Source: Trichoplax adhaerens (lineage: Eukaryota; Animalia; Placozoa). Taken from it: a DNA stretch of 64,000 bases. The first letter of the stretch is position 1; each line of letters begins with the position of its first letter. Positions 40,201 to 52,493 of the stretch are shown in pieces. Below the pieces are notes generated by a model that did no database searches, was not told the origin of the DNA, and was given only the letters and a program-made list of their open reading frames with translations. The stretch spans positions 73,872 to 137,871 of the forward strand of contig NW_002060945.1 of assembly GCF_000150275.1 (NCBI RefSeq). The letters are read 5' to 3'. Made by a program: the position numbers and the translations under genes.

Positions 40201-40590
40201 TCAATGCAGTACACTGGGAGCTACTCTAACGTATCACTTATACAGGTGATCCGTTTTCTTCGATAGGCTTGAATAGTAAAAACTATAAACTAAACGCTTA
40301 AAAATGACCAATCGTCATGAACCTTCCTATACAGATAGGTCTGTTATTATAGTCAAGAGCGATCCGTACATATTAAAACCATGCATTTGCGATCAATGCA
40401 GTACACTGGGAGCTACTCTAACTATCACACTTATACAGGTGATCCGTTTTCTTCGATAGGCTTGAATAGTAAAAACTATAAGCTAAACGCTTAAAAATGA
40501 CCAATCGCCATGAACCTTCCTATACAGATAGGTCTGCTATTATAGTCAAGAGCGATCCGTACATGTTAAAACCATGCATTTGCGATCAAT
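40201..40590. repeat. Recent tandem duplication, 2 x ~193 bp
   Basis: TCAATGCAGTACACTGGGAGCTACTCTAAC...AAAACCATGCATTTGCGA starts at 40201 and 40393, with only a few differences. Confidence 0.95.
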
Positions 40591-41018
40591 TTGATACAAA
40601 TTGATGTCAAAATTGGTATATCCAATGTATCCCGATCACGTCGTCAATTGAAAGCGAGTGCGACTGGGTTTTGATCACAGGCCTGGCCTGGGGCCCAGGG
40701 GGGGGGGGGGTTGCTTTTTATTAGCTCTGACCGGGGACTTCTAAAATAATTTGGATACGGTACGGTACGATACTGTTGCATATACAGTACTGTACTCTAC
40801 TACACAGTACTGTACACTGTACAGTACAGTATTACATACCGTGGTGGAGGAGTCCTGGTGATTTGGAGATTGCAGGCAATTGGCTTTTATGGAAGCTGAT
40901 TGATTTATTTACAAATTCATTTTTTCTCCAGTTTGATCATAGAAAGCTGTTTTAATCAAGATGGTAATATTCTTCACCAACTGTAATAAGACATCGTTGT
41001 AATAGTAAGTCTTGGACG

Positions 41019-44000
41019 ATGGTTTTACAAAAGCGTAATAAAAAATTCACGAAATGGATACAGAATTTCCGGGTTAGATGCCGGCAGCAATTAGCCAAGG
41101 ATATCGCTAGGTAGGGGCTGGATGCGTTATAAATAAATATCGACATCATGAATTACTAGTCGACGACTAGTGGAGTGAAGACGAACAATCAACGTTCACT
41201 GTTCTTGTTCAATATTAAATAGCTTTAACGTTACTGCCCTTATGCATTGTTAGCTAACTCGCCAAAAAAAATAACATTGTACTGTACTGTATATACATAT
41301 ATACTGTACACTCTTTGCAGATACATGTTCAAACGAGTGCTTTACTAAATGAAATTACGTAACCTGCTGCAATGGAATGCTATACGAGTATTCCATACTG
41401 TACATGTGTCGCGATGAGGATATCAATTCCGACTAAAATGATTTCTATCGATACTGTAATTGCATTTGACTGAATGCCTCCAAACATCTGAAAGCTGCTT
41501 TACCGGATCTTGTGATGACAGTAGATCTCGGCCTATCTGGCCAGATACCGAAATACGAGAATGCTACAAAATAGCCCATAGTCGATTATAATATACGTAT
41601 AACTATTAGTATGCAAAATCATATCGATCATGGTTAAAGTCAGTCCTGCTACATTGTCGATTATGATATACGTATAGCTATTAGTACGCAAAAGTATATC
41701 GATCATGGTTAAAGTCAGTCCTGCTACATAGTCGATTGTAATATACGTATAGCTATTTGTAGGCAAAAGCATATCGATCATGGTTAAAGTCAGTCCTGCT
41801 ACATAATCGATTATAATATATGTATAACTATTAGTACGTAAAATCATATCGATCATGGTTAAAGTCATTCACTGCTACTTAGTACCTAAAAAGTTTATAG
41901 AATGGGTAATACACGTATACAGCACTTATACACTTATATTCCGTTGAGTTTATGCTCTTTTGTCCAACGCGTTTGTGAGTATATTGTACAATCGCTGCCA
42001 TTTTAAAGTAACGATTATATCATTAAAGTCAATAAACTTACAGGAGATATAAATCTTCCGTAAGCAATAAAAATTTTCTCTTAATTCTTGTAGCTTATGG
42101 TCATCTAACAACTGCAGCGATGTAATATTTCAGATTGCCGGAAATAGCATACGTGCCCATACTCCAATTCTAAAAGCTAGAACTCCACTATTTTATGATT
42201 GCTATGTCAAGGCAGCGACTGATAAAGATTATCCTATACCTATCGATAATATCACTGTTGAGCAATTCAACCATTTTCTTAGGTTTGATTTCAAATAAAT
42301 TAATGCTTGCTTTTATTGATTCAACCTACGTTGTCGTCTGTTTTTTTGCTTAGTAATGCAATGTTAGAAGGAATGATATTGTGAATGAGATATACGGTAA
42401 ATTCGAAAGTGTAGCGTCTTGAAGTATTAAATTTTACCTTTTATCTAGCAATATGTCTTTAACGAGAGAGTAATAGCTTAGATTAAACCCGCTATTTAAT
42501 AACTCAAGCCACCTAATACGGGAATGTGATATTTTATGATTAATGAGTTATGCAATTACTCATACAGACAGGTGTATTTGAATGATGAAGCTTGTGACAT
42601 TGATCAGCTTGAAGGTGAATGGCTTACAGGTACACTTCAAGGAAAACAGATAAATTATTTAATTAAATTTCCAGCCTTTGTTTTCATCATTTGAGTCGTA
42701 AACAACTAAGAGCGATAGATGTAATATAAGGCTTGACCTTATTTTAAAATTTAAAATACGGTACTGTTATGTTTATAGGCAAAGTTTTAACTGACAAGTC
42801 AGACCACGAAAACCTCGTATCCAATAACGATAACTGTTCGAATTTGATAATAGACGGTTACAATATAACCGATGCTGCAACTTCTAGGCTTGGCAAAGAC
42901 TTACTTAACCTATTTCAAGACAATCTTTCCGATGTCACACTGATTATTGATGACGTGGAGCTAAAGTGTCATAAGTAATATTGCGACTACTGTATATTGC
43001 AATAATTTCAAGTAACAACGCTGAAGATTGTCAAGAACACTTTCAATTCTTTCTATGTCAGTTGACACAGACCTTGCTATTTGTTGTTGTCTTACCAGAT
43101 GCATATTATGTGCCCGATCTGAATACTTTAATGCGATGCTATCTGGTAGTTGGACTGAGAGTAATAACAATACTATCGAATTACATAGGTGAGATATATA
43201 TCTATATAATGCGATTAGGTAAAATATAGATTCAAGCGGACTTGAAGGACAATTATTCGATATTAATAAGTGGTAACGACATTCCCTTATTTCGTTCTAC
43301 TTATTGCAGGGTTCATCCGTCAGCTATTACAGCTTTGCTGTATTATATATACGGTGGCATCGTTGAATTACCATCAGCCACTGACTTAACGTTAGTCAAG
43401 ACAGGATACGTTACTAACTGCGGTTTTTAAACTTAATTTAATTAATTCACTATAATGTCAATTAAAAAATGAATCATAACTTGTTACACAAAGTAATGTC
43501 GTAGCTTTATAATAAAATTTTCAACAAAGATTATCGCATAAATTTAATATGTAATTATTTACAGTTTCTTAGCTCCTATAGCTGATATGTACAATCTTGA
43601 TGGCTTGAAAGATGTCGTTTCGTACACGTTTATGAGAGATTGGTGCAAATTTTTCGATAAGGTAGCCTCACTTAATGGTCTACATACGTACGCAAACCTG
43701 AATTAGTTTAGTAAATACATTATCAGTAACAGCGAAACTATAATCTGTTTCTAGTATTGGCAAATACATCAATTTTTTTGTCAGTTGTTATATTATGCTA
43801 TTACTCTTTAGAACATGACATATTGCATTTTTATTTATTTTTTACTTATGATGAAACTTACATTCCTACGTAATGACTAACTTGAGATACGATATCATTA
43901 ATACAGTACTTCTTAATATTTACATATTCTCCTTATTTTATCTTGAGGTAAATAATGAATTAACCGACAATATTTCTCGATGTTTGGAAATTGCGGATAC

Positions 44001-46529
44001 CTTTGGATTTGAATACCTTCGCGAATCTTGCATGGGGTTGGTATAACCAGCATAACAGTTTTTACATAAGCTATCTGATTTTCGTATCTTACAGATAAAT
44101 ATCTACTGTAGATGGATCATTAAGAATTTTAACCGGGTATGGTGTAGCAAGAGCTTTGCAAAACTGCCAACAGAAATTCAGCAGGATGCCCTAAAACACA
44201 TGCAAGAATTATTAGTGAGATATTTTTATTCAATAAATTTCGGTCATAGGTTATTACGTGATTGATGTCGATAATTATAATTAATAGATAGTATTAATAG
44301 CGGCCATGACTGCTATTAATAAAAGTACTTATTTTATATAATATTTTCAATCTAGGCATTGGATTCTGTCACTGATATCTTAAGAGGTTGTGACTATTTA
44401 CTAGTTAACATGGCAGATGGAATTAAATGGACCGAAAATATACGCGAGATTACTACAACTTTACAGCAGAGTTGTTTAGATTTTATCTCAGCACGATTCA
44501 GGAATCTTATTCACCAACTGAACTTCCTTTCTTTATTTCGGGTACTACATACTTTGTATTATGTTGATTTGATCTACAGTAAACTTTAATCATTCTTTAG
44601 GGTATGGGAAAATCTGATAAAATAGTAAAGAATATATTCGATAACTTGGCTATGCAATTGACTCCGGACAACGTCTGCTCGCATTTTAAAGCCATTGAGG
44701 AATTAAGGCATCAAACAAAACTTGAGGAATGGGAAGAAATGGTATGTGATGGATGTATGGCGAAGTCCTTCATTCATAGGAGTCTCGTATATTCGTAGGC
44801 GTATGCAAATGCTTCCCAGTTATCTTACAATCTTCTATTTGTGAAATTATTTAGGATAGTATTACCCTGATTGAGGATTTTCATGCTAACTTGAAAAGGT
44901 TCATTAACAGCAACGCTGGAAGGGTTAGAACAAGTCCTGGCTGGAATAGTTTATCACAAAAGCAACAGGAAGAATTAAAGCAAGGTATACATCTCTATAA
45001 AGATTATATTAGGATCACTATCTACCTTTTAGTATCAATTATTGATTAAACTGATTGATTGATTAGGGTTAGTAATTTTTGAAAATGGCGGAAGCAGAAC
45101 TTCGAAGGTTCGACAATTTTTCTTATCTGATTTTATCTCTGATTATAGTGATACACCTTAAAAATTATAACTGTAAATTAACTAAAATCAAAAATCATAA
45201 TAGATCGCTATCGGTAAAAATAATTTGGCCGGTAATCGTAGTGGCAATAAAAGTAGCATTCGTTCGAAAAACATCGCAGTTACTCAACAGAATCACAGAC
45301 TCGGGCAAAGAGGGAACAATTTAAATTTGATGCGTCCTCAACGTGGTACTAATCACTCGAATCAAGGTAGCAGCAGATTACCAGTAACAGCTACTACATC
45401 TACAGCTGTAAATTCGATAGCAGGAAGATCAAACAATACCATGTCTCAATCTCGAAGAGTCTCAAATCCTTGTGGGTGGAATAGTCGTTCTACGCGAAGT
45501 ACCGTCGATGCGAAAAGAGATCATTATTCTTCTAGGACTAAAGCGACAGCTACTGTAACAGTAACATGCGATGCAAGCTGCTTACCGAAACGGAATGCAT
45601 CCAAATTTAATCCAACCTTACAGACTAGGTCTGGATCGATAAAATTAAAACAAGCATCGTTGGATTCATCTAAATTACAGAACTTAGATGTAGGGCACCT
45701 TGATAGTAAATTGAATAAAAATGCTTCTAAATCAGCTAATGGAACTTCAAGAATTCCTATTAGAAACAAGCAAACTATAAATTATATAGGCAACGTTGAC
45801 AATCAGCGACAGGGACAAGTTTCAAGAATTCCCAGAAATGTAGCACTGTCAAGATTAAGCCCTAGTAAATGTTTGCTATCGCGCTATCCGCTATTCCCAT
45901 CTGATTCAGTTAAAATTTCTTCAACCATTATAAATCATTCTAATGGTGGTATAAGTGCAAGTACAGTGAAGATGAAAACTTCAAGTAATCCGGAATTAGC
46001 GGTTACGACGTATCGACCAAATATGGTGAGCCCTGATTCTATGAATGAGGCAAAAGATCCAATTAATAGTGCTTCTGTATCGACAGCTGTAAAAAACAAG
46101 CTAGAAATGAATATCTCGGATGCTGCTATGAAGCTTCAAATAACAAAGAATAGCGAAGAAAGTTCGACGGAGAATAAACAATTTTTTTCTGAAGAGTTAA
46201 GTAATAGTTCCATGACGATCCAGCCACCAGTAAAGGCTGCATGCAGTGAAGAAAACTCGTATGAAGATCATACATCATTGGATATTAGTTCTGATTTATG
46301 CTTAGAATTAGTTGCGGATTTGAATGTAAGAGACTTTGAGACTCCAGCGCAATCTCTACCGGATGAAATAGAAAAAGAAATAACCACAACTTGCACCCAT
46401 TCCGATGAAGATGTAGACATAAATGCTATGGAATCGTCGTATGATAGAGCGAGCCAAGAGCTATTGGACGCTTTCTCTGAAGGGAATGAGCAAGATCCTG
46501 AAAGTAGAGTATATCAAAATCTCCAGTAG
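41019..46529 (+). CDS. BTBD8: Double-BTB/BACK protein with long disordered C-terminal tail (BTBD8)
   Basis: Exon 1 MVLQKR...QQLAKDIA joins SLWSSNNCSDVIFQIAGNSIRAHTPILKAR (BTB1). BTB2 reads RLGKDLLNLFQDNLSDVTLIIDDVELKCHK|CILCARSEYFNAMLSGSWTES...YIYGG. Then ADMYNLDGLKDV...RDWCKFF and WIIKNFNRVWCSKSFAKLP, ending in a ~1.3 kb Ser/Asn-rich then acidic terminal exon. Confidence 0.88.
41578..41867. repeat. 75-bp minisatellite (~3.8 copies) in BTBD8 intron 1
   Basis: The unit GTCGATTATAATATACGTATA.CTATTAGTA.GCAAAA.CATATCGATCATGGTTAAAGTCAGTCCTGCTACAT. starts at 41581, 41656, 41731 and 41806. Confidence 0.95.
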
Positions 46530-48501
46530 AAAGTGTAGATAACGAAGAAGGGATGGAACTGTTGCGTTGGTCTACATATTCTTTTCGCACTTTTATTTCG
46601 AATTTTAAAAGTTATCCCTATATATTCGATAGTCAATGAAGTCACCATTGCAAGTATCAGGGCTTATGGAGTTCGAGTCTGATTTAAGCAAAGAAGTAAA
46701 GAATTCTTTTATATAAAACCAGAGTACGGACTAACTAGGTCGATAGTCCAAGTATATTATACGTGTGAATAGTATGAAGATGTACGGAGAAAAACGAAAA
46801 AGAGGTCCTAAGAATATGTGACATGGCCATATTGGGAAATAAAGGGATAGTTCATTGGCTATATCTTATATAAGTGAACATTTAAACCTTACTAATAGGA
46901 AACTCGAGTGTATAAAGGCTCTATTATGATAAGAATAATGGATAAAGATTAGCATTGCGTATACCGTTTGTGTATTCTTTCTGGCTCTTTTGTAAAATAT
47001 CTATAGTACAGAAATGCTGTGATAGATATTAATAAACAAATAATGTACTATGCTATTATATAATTGTCTGTATGTATACCCTATTTGTCTAGGTTTGTGA
47101 TGCCAGTTATACTCGTATAAGTATTGAATTTACTCGCATTATAAATTTTTGTTACTTACGCTTGCGATCTTTAATGGCTCATGCAGTGGGCTAAGTCAAA
47201 TTTTTATGCTCTGGTTTCGTACGACTGCGAATTTATATAAGGAAGAGACTATCAATTGCAGAATAGATTTATAAATTTATAAATTGTATATCTGATTCAT
47301 AGTATATCAAAATGTTATAAAAGTTGAGATTATCTTCGTAACAATTGACTGCGGAACTACGATTGTTTTATTTATCACTTGTTTCGTATGCATTATCAAA
47401 TTTTCAAGCCATTGGTATTGCTATAGGGTTTATCCTATTACGTTTATTCGTGCGGTTCTCAAAGCCAAATGAAGAGTCGCTGCGGTGTTACCTTTAGTAA
47501 GGGCCAGCTGCTTATTACGACGCATAAAATATTGTTTAACATACTGTACTACATGTACAATGAGTGTATATCATATAATAGATATCAAGATTTAAATTTT
47601 AGTTTTTTGATAATTTAATATTAGAATATAAATTATATTAATATGCTTAGCTACAATTCTATCTTCAGAATTAAAATAGCGATACAGCATGTACTTCATT
47701 TATGCTTTCTTCAGTATTTTTATTTTTGTACGTGCATGTGCGACATTGTACGTATTATAAGCATGTAAGACTTTGGTTGTATGCAGTGGTTTACGATCAC
47801 AGACTCTATACTGTACTTGGACCATATTCGTAGGCTCTTTTGAATGTTTTTGTAGATGTACGTATAGTGGTATTACACATTACTATAGATTTATTGAGCA
47901 CAGAGTGATGCTGGTGGAGTTAATAGTTATAAGAGACAACAATTTTTGCAATTTTCTGTTCTTATTATTACTGTTGTGGACTAGTGTATCTATCTCCATC
48001 TTATAATACATTGCATTATAGTGCTCCACTATTTTCGGCCCTAACCGAAGCAGTCTATATACTGGCACAAGAACATCGTGAATGTAATTAAAAAATCAAG
48101 TAGAAAGAGTTTACAGTAAGCGAGAAAGAGAGTAAGGGAACATATATATAACCGACAGTAAAGTAAAAGTTTGAAGCAACCATTGTGCAATAGATGATTT
48201 TATATTATTCAAGAAAGATTGACTACAGAATAATAACGTTCTAATATACTGTAATTTTTGTGCAAACATAAGCACAAACACATAGAAATAAGAGGTAAAA
48301 CACCAAAAATAAATGATCGCACGAAATGGAAATAAATTTCGACATTTACGTAATCGATCTTCGTTTTTAAGAATCTCGCGAGGATCTCTTAATACGGTAC
48401 TATACAGAACGAGACTACTGACAGACGCAGAACATTGACAATGACGCAGGTTCATAAAGATCAGTCTGTCCGTGTCTGTCCACAAGTGCCCTGATGTAAA
48501 C

Positions 48502-51176
48502 ATGGAGAGCTATGAGAAATTAGTTAAGATTGGAGAAGGTATTGGCAATTGGGCAAGATAGCGTTTCAACTGAATAAAATTATGTCAATTACTAGTCAAT
48601 ATCCTTAATAACCTAACTAATATGATTCTCGTTCGTTAATTCTTGTATAGGAACATATGGAACTGTCTATAAAGCTGTCAATCATGACACTGGTGAAATT
48701 GTCGCGTTAAAAAAAGTTCGTATAGATGATGAAAATGAGGTAAATCAAATGATATGTATACACAATACGCAAAATGTCGACATAAATAACTGATCAAGTA
48801 TACACAACATCGGCGATGAAGTTTAGAGATTTGTGTATCGATAGAGTTCGGCAAATGATTCGTTACGTATCGCAACCAGTATTTTGTGAAACGATATCAT
48901 TGTGTTGTTTTGCTGAATCGTCCACAAATTTTACTATGGCTTCTTTAACGTACGAGCCAGACATCATTCGTTTAAATCGTTGATGGAATACACGTATTCA
49001 CTGCTGTCATATTGATTTTTGTGTCGTTAGGGAATTCCAAGTTTTGCATTACGTGAGATCTGTTTGCTAAAAGAATTAAAACATAAAAACATTGTCATGT
49101 GAGTATCATGGAAGTAACCGTGAACAGTAATAATAATAATTATTATTGTACGATAGTAAGGAAATGATATTATCATCATTGCTTTGCATTTTGTAACCTT
49201 ACTACTTTATGCCATTTACATGTTCAATAGATGAGTTTACAACTAGGTAGTTTTATAATTATAACAATTAATTCATTATGATAGAGTAAAGACTACTGTT
49301 TAAAGATATTATTTGCTATGAAAAGTAGCATATTGTTCGAGACGCTGAGTAAACTGTGTTGCGACTGACTGTAAAACTTTCAATTAAACGACTACAGTAA
49401 CGTCTAGCGTATTCATGTAGAAATTTTAGGTAGTAAAATTTGAGTAAATTATAACTATCGATATCTATTAAGCGAATTTACCTTTATGTAACTCAATTTG
49501 ACATTCATAATCGCTCCTGCTTAGGCTCTATGACGTTATCCATGGAAATAAAGAATTGATGATAGTATTTGAATACTGCGATCAGGTTAGGATAGCTATG
49601 GCTTTATCTTATGAACTTATTACCAGATCATGATTCTATATGTGATTGTGATTCTACAATTCTGTGCAATAATTACAATAAATAGCCCTACTGTATCCTA
49701 TACGGTATGTCAGTAAGGCAGTAGAGAAGATATTGATTATTATTAATAAGAGGAGCCATGCTCCTATCAATCATTCCTTGGGCTAACCTTTTAGTTTCTT
49801 ATAAGATCAAATTACATTCATGTTTTTTCTTGTCTATCATAGGACCTTAAGCGATATTGTGATGCTTGCCAGGGCAAGATTGATCCTAGTATAGTACAAG
49901 TTAGTACTGTTGATTCGTAAGATTAAATGATAACATTGAATTAAATAAATTGCTTTCCTATCCGTAGTCCTTTACGAATCAGTTATTGCAAGGATTGGCG
50001 TATTGTCATAGTCATCATATATTACATCGTGATATCACACCTCAAAACATTTTAGTTACAGGGGTAAGTTGCATATATCAAAAGTCACTCATACTAGCTA
50101 CTTTGGTAGTAGTTACATAATTTTATTCTTTCGTAATAAAAGTTGTATTGATGTAGAATTTATCCAAATAATCAACCATTATCAGCTCTGTCCCTATTAC
50201 TAAGCTCAAAAACATGCTATTAATTAGTTACCTAACTAATTCTCGCTAAATAGAATGGAGATATTAAATTGGCAGATTTCGGCCTGGCGAGAAATTTCGG
50301 AATTCCTGTCAAGTCGTTTTCGGCTGAGGTAGCATAAAATTGCAACATTGCACATGCTTTATTAATTGATTTTTAATTAGTGATTGATTGGCTACCCTAT
50401 TAGGTAGTTACATTATGGTACCGATCGCCTGATGTACTACTGGGCGCCACCCTGTATGATACATCCATTGATATTTGGTCTACTGGCTGTATTTTTGCTG
50501 GTAGGTTTAGGATAAAATGGATTATGTAGAGTTGTTAAGGAGTATTGTAGAATAGTATAATTCGGTTATATTATCTCTTGATTTAGAACTTTCCAATGGC
50601 GGACAGCCGTTGCTCCCTGGTAAAGACGTTGCTGATCAGTTAAAAATTATATTCAAGTAAGAAATAGTCTCATTTGAAATCATGGAATATTACTTCTTGC
50701 AATCGATATACTATAAAATGATTTCTATTTTTAAGAATCTTTGGAACCCCAAATGAGCAAATTTGGCCCGGTGTTTCTCAATTAATGAAGGATAAAGTAA
50801 CATCGTTTTATTGGATAGTTTATTAGTTTTCCATTGTAAACTTGCATTAATTGTTCTTTAAATTTAAACTAGGATTATCCTTCATACAATGCAATGTCCA
50901 TTTTACATGTAGTGCCAAATCTAAATCAGTTAGGATGCGATCTTTTCCAGGTAGATAGAGAAGACGCTGACGCCACATAGCGTATTTTGTCGCGTAACAT
51001 TTATGATATCAGCGACTGTAGCATACTACGTCTTGACTACAATTTAATTTGGAAATTAATTAGATATTGTTTATCCTACTTAGCTGATGATGGTTTTAGA
51101 TCCATCGAAACGTTGCACAGCGGAACAAGCCCTTCAGCACGCTTACTTTAAGGGTGTTTCCGAAGGCTATACATGA
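48502..51176 (+). CDS. CDK5: CDK5-like cyclin-dependent kinase, 12 exons, divergent; absent from the ORF track
   Basis: [13 protein letters not shown]|TYGTVYKA...[13 protein letters not shown]|[22 protein letters not shown]...FEYCDQ|DLKRY...LHRDITPQN...[20 protein letters not shown]|[15 protein letters not shown]...[12 protein letters not shown]...[10 protein letters not shown]. The [21 protein letters not shown] and SAEVVTLWYR signatures are CDK5-type. Confidence 0.9.
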
Positions 51177-51439
51177 GTCCGTTACTGAAGAAAGTCTACT
51201 CTCACTTTTCTCTCTTGACTGGGTACCTTCTTCTCAATTATGCACGACCTAAATTTTCCTTCCTTCTTGAGCGAACTGTAATTTACACAGTGAATCATAC
51301 TTGGCTTACTTCATGAAATATTATTACCTCGCAATTTTGAATTATCTTGAACTGTTTATACTTTCAAAGTAATGAATGGTTACCTATATCTAGCTTACTC
51401 TCAATTTTCTAGAATAATAAATTCTGTAGAGTTCGATAG

Positions 51440-51640
51440 GGTAAATTGTAACTATATATACTGTATATATATAACATAGGTTACTATATACATAGTTGGT
51501 AAAAATTACATTTTTATATAAAAAGTATTCTGATTTATATTTTCCTGATCTAAATCGAGTGTACGAATATATATATACAGTAGATACATATATGTATATA
51601 TAGATAGATATAGATAACATATACAGTATATATATAATGC
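51440..51640. repeat. TA-rich low-complexity tract
   Basis: Interrupted (TA)n runs downstream of the CDK gene; these explain the spurious Y/I-rich ORF 51390-51671. Confidence 0.7.
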
Positions 51641-52392
51641 AGGTATTATGTGCAGGATATTGCATTATCAACGACTATGCGATCACTTTGAGGGTGTAAA
51701 GCTGCAAAGTGCTATCTGTATTTAGTAAAGTGATTGTGAACGGATGCAAAATTTAATGTCATTGGAAACAGTGTTGGCCTACATTCAAATTTTGCTTAAA
51801 ACTAGGCCTTGGTATTGAAAACTACAGTATGTGTGTGTGTACGGTAGGCCGGTAGAACAGTACTATTTCAACTTGCTTTATTTGATTCTTTCTACAAGTA
51901 GTTCATTGAACCATCAAAAGTGATGGAACTAAAATGGCATTTTCTGGTTTAGTTTGGCTATTAAAAATCGTGAAAGGTTTCCAACCTCAATCAGCCAATC
52001 GTGATCATAAACAAGTGCAGTTGTAGCATAGCTGAAGCATGTGACTGTTATTGCTGAGCCGACCCGCAGTGTGTCACTAGTGACGCAATAATTCAGATAC
52101 AGACAGATAATACTATCAGCATTTAATTATCAGTAATCACGTTCGCCCAGCGTCGATCGACAGTAATCTCATTCGCACAGCATGATATGCATTCAGTGTG
52201 TATATCGGTGAAATTGAATTGAGTATGGCGCAAGTGCTGACATTTGTATTGAGCGAAAAGTCCCGACATAGGTGCCGACCGTAATGAGCAATATTGAGCA
52301 AGTCAAATCACTAGCCAAAATGACGTCACGTGCCCACAGACGATGATTTACCATTAGTACTTGTACTGTAGTCCATGGGCATATCAATATCA

Positions 52393-52493
52393 GGGACTAC
52401 TCAACGATTTTTCTTTCTCCCCGTTATGATTAACAACACTTACAAAATAAGTTACAGTATTCAGGGAGAAAAAAAAAATCGTTGAGTGATCCC
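52393..52493. repeat. Inverted repeat / hairpin, ~30-bp arms, ~41-nt spacer
   Basis: GGGACTACTCAACGATTTTTCTTTCTCCCC (52393-52422) pairs with GGGAGAAAAAAAAAATCGTTGAGTGATCCC (52464-52493). Confidence 0.85.
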
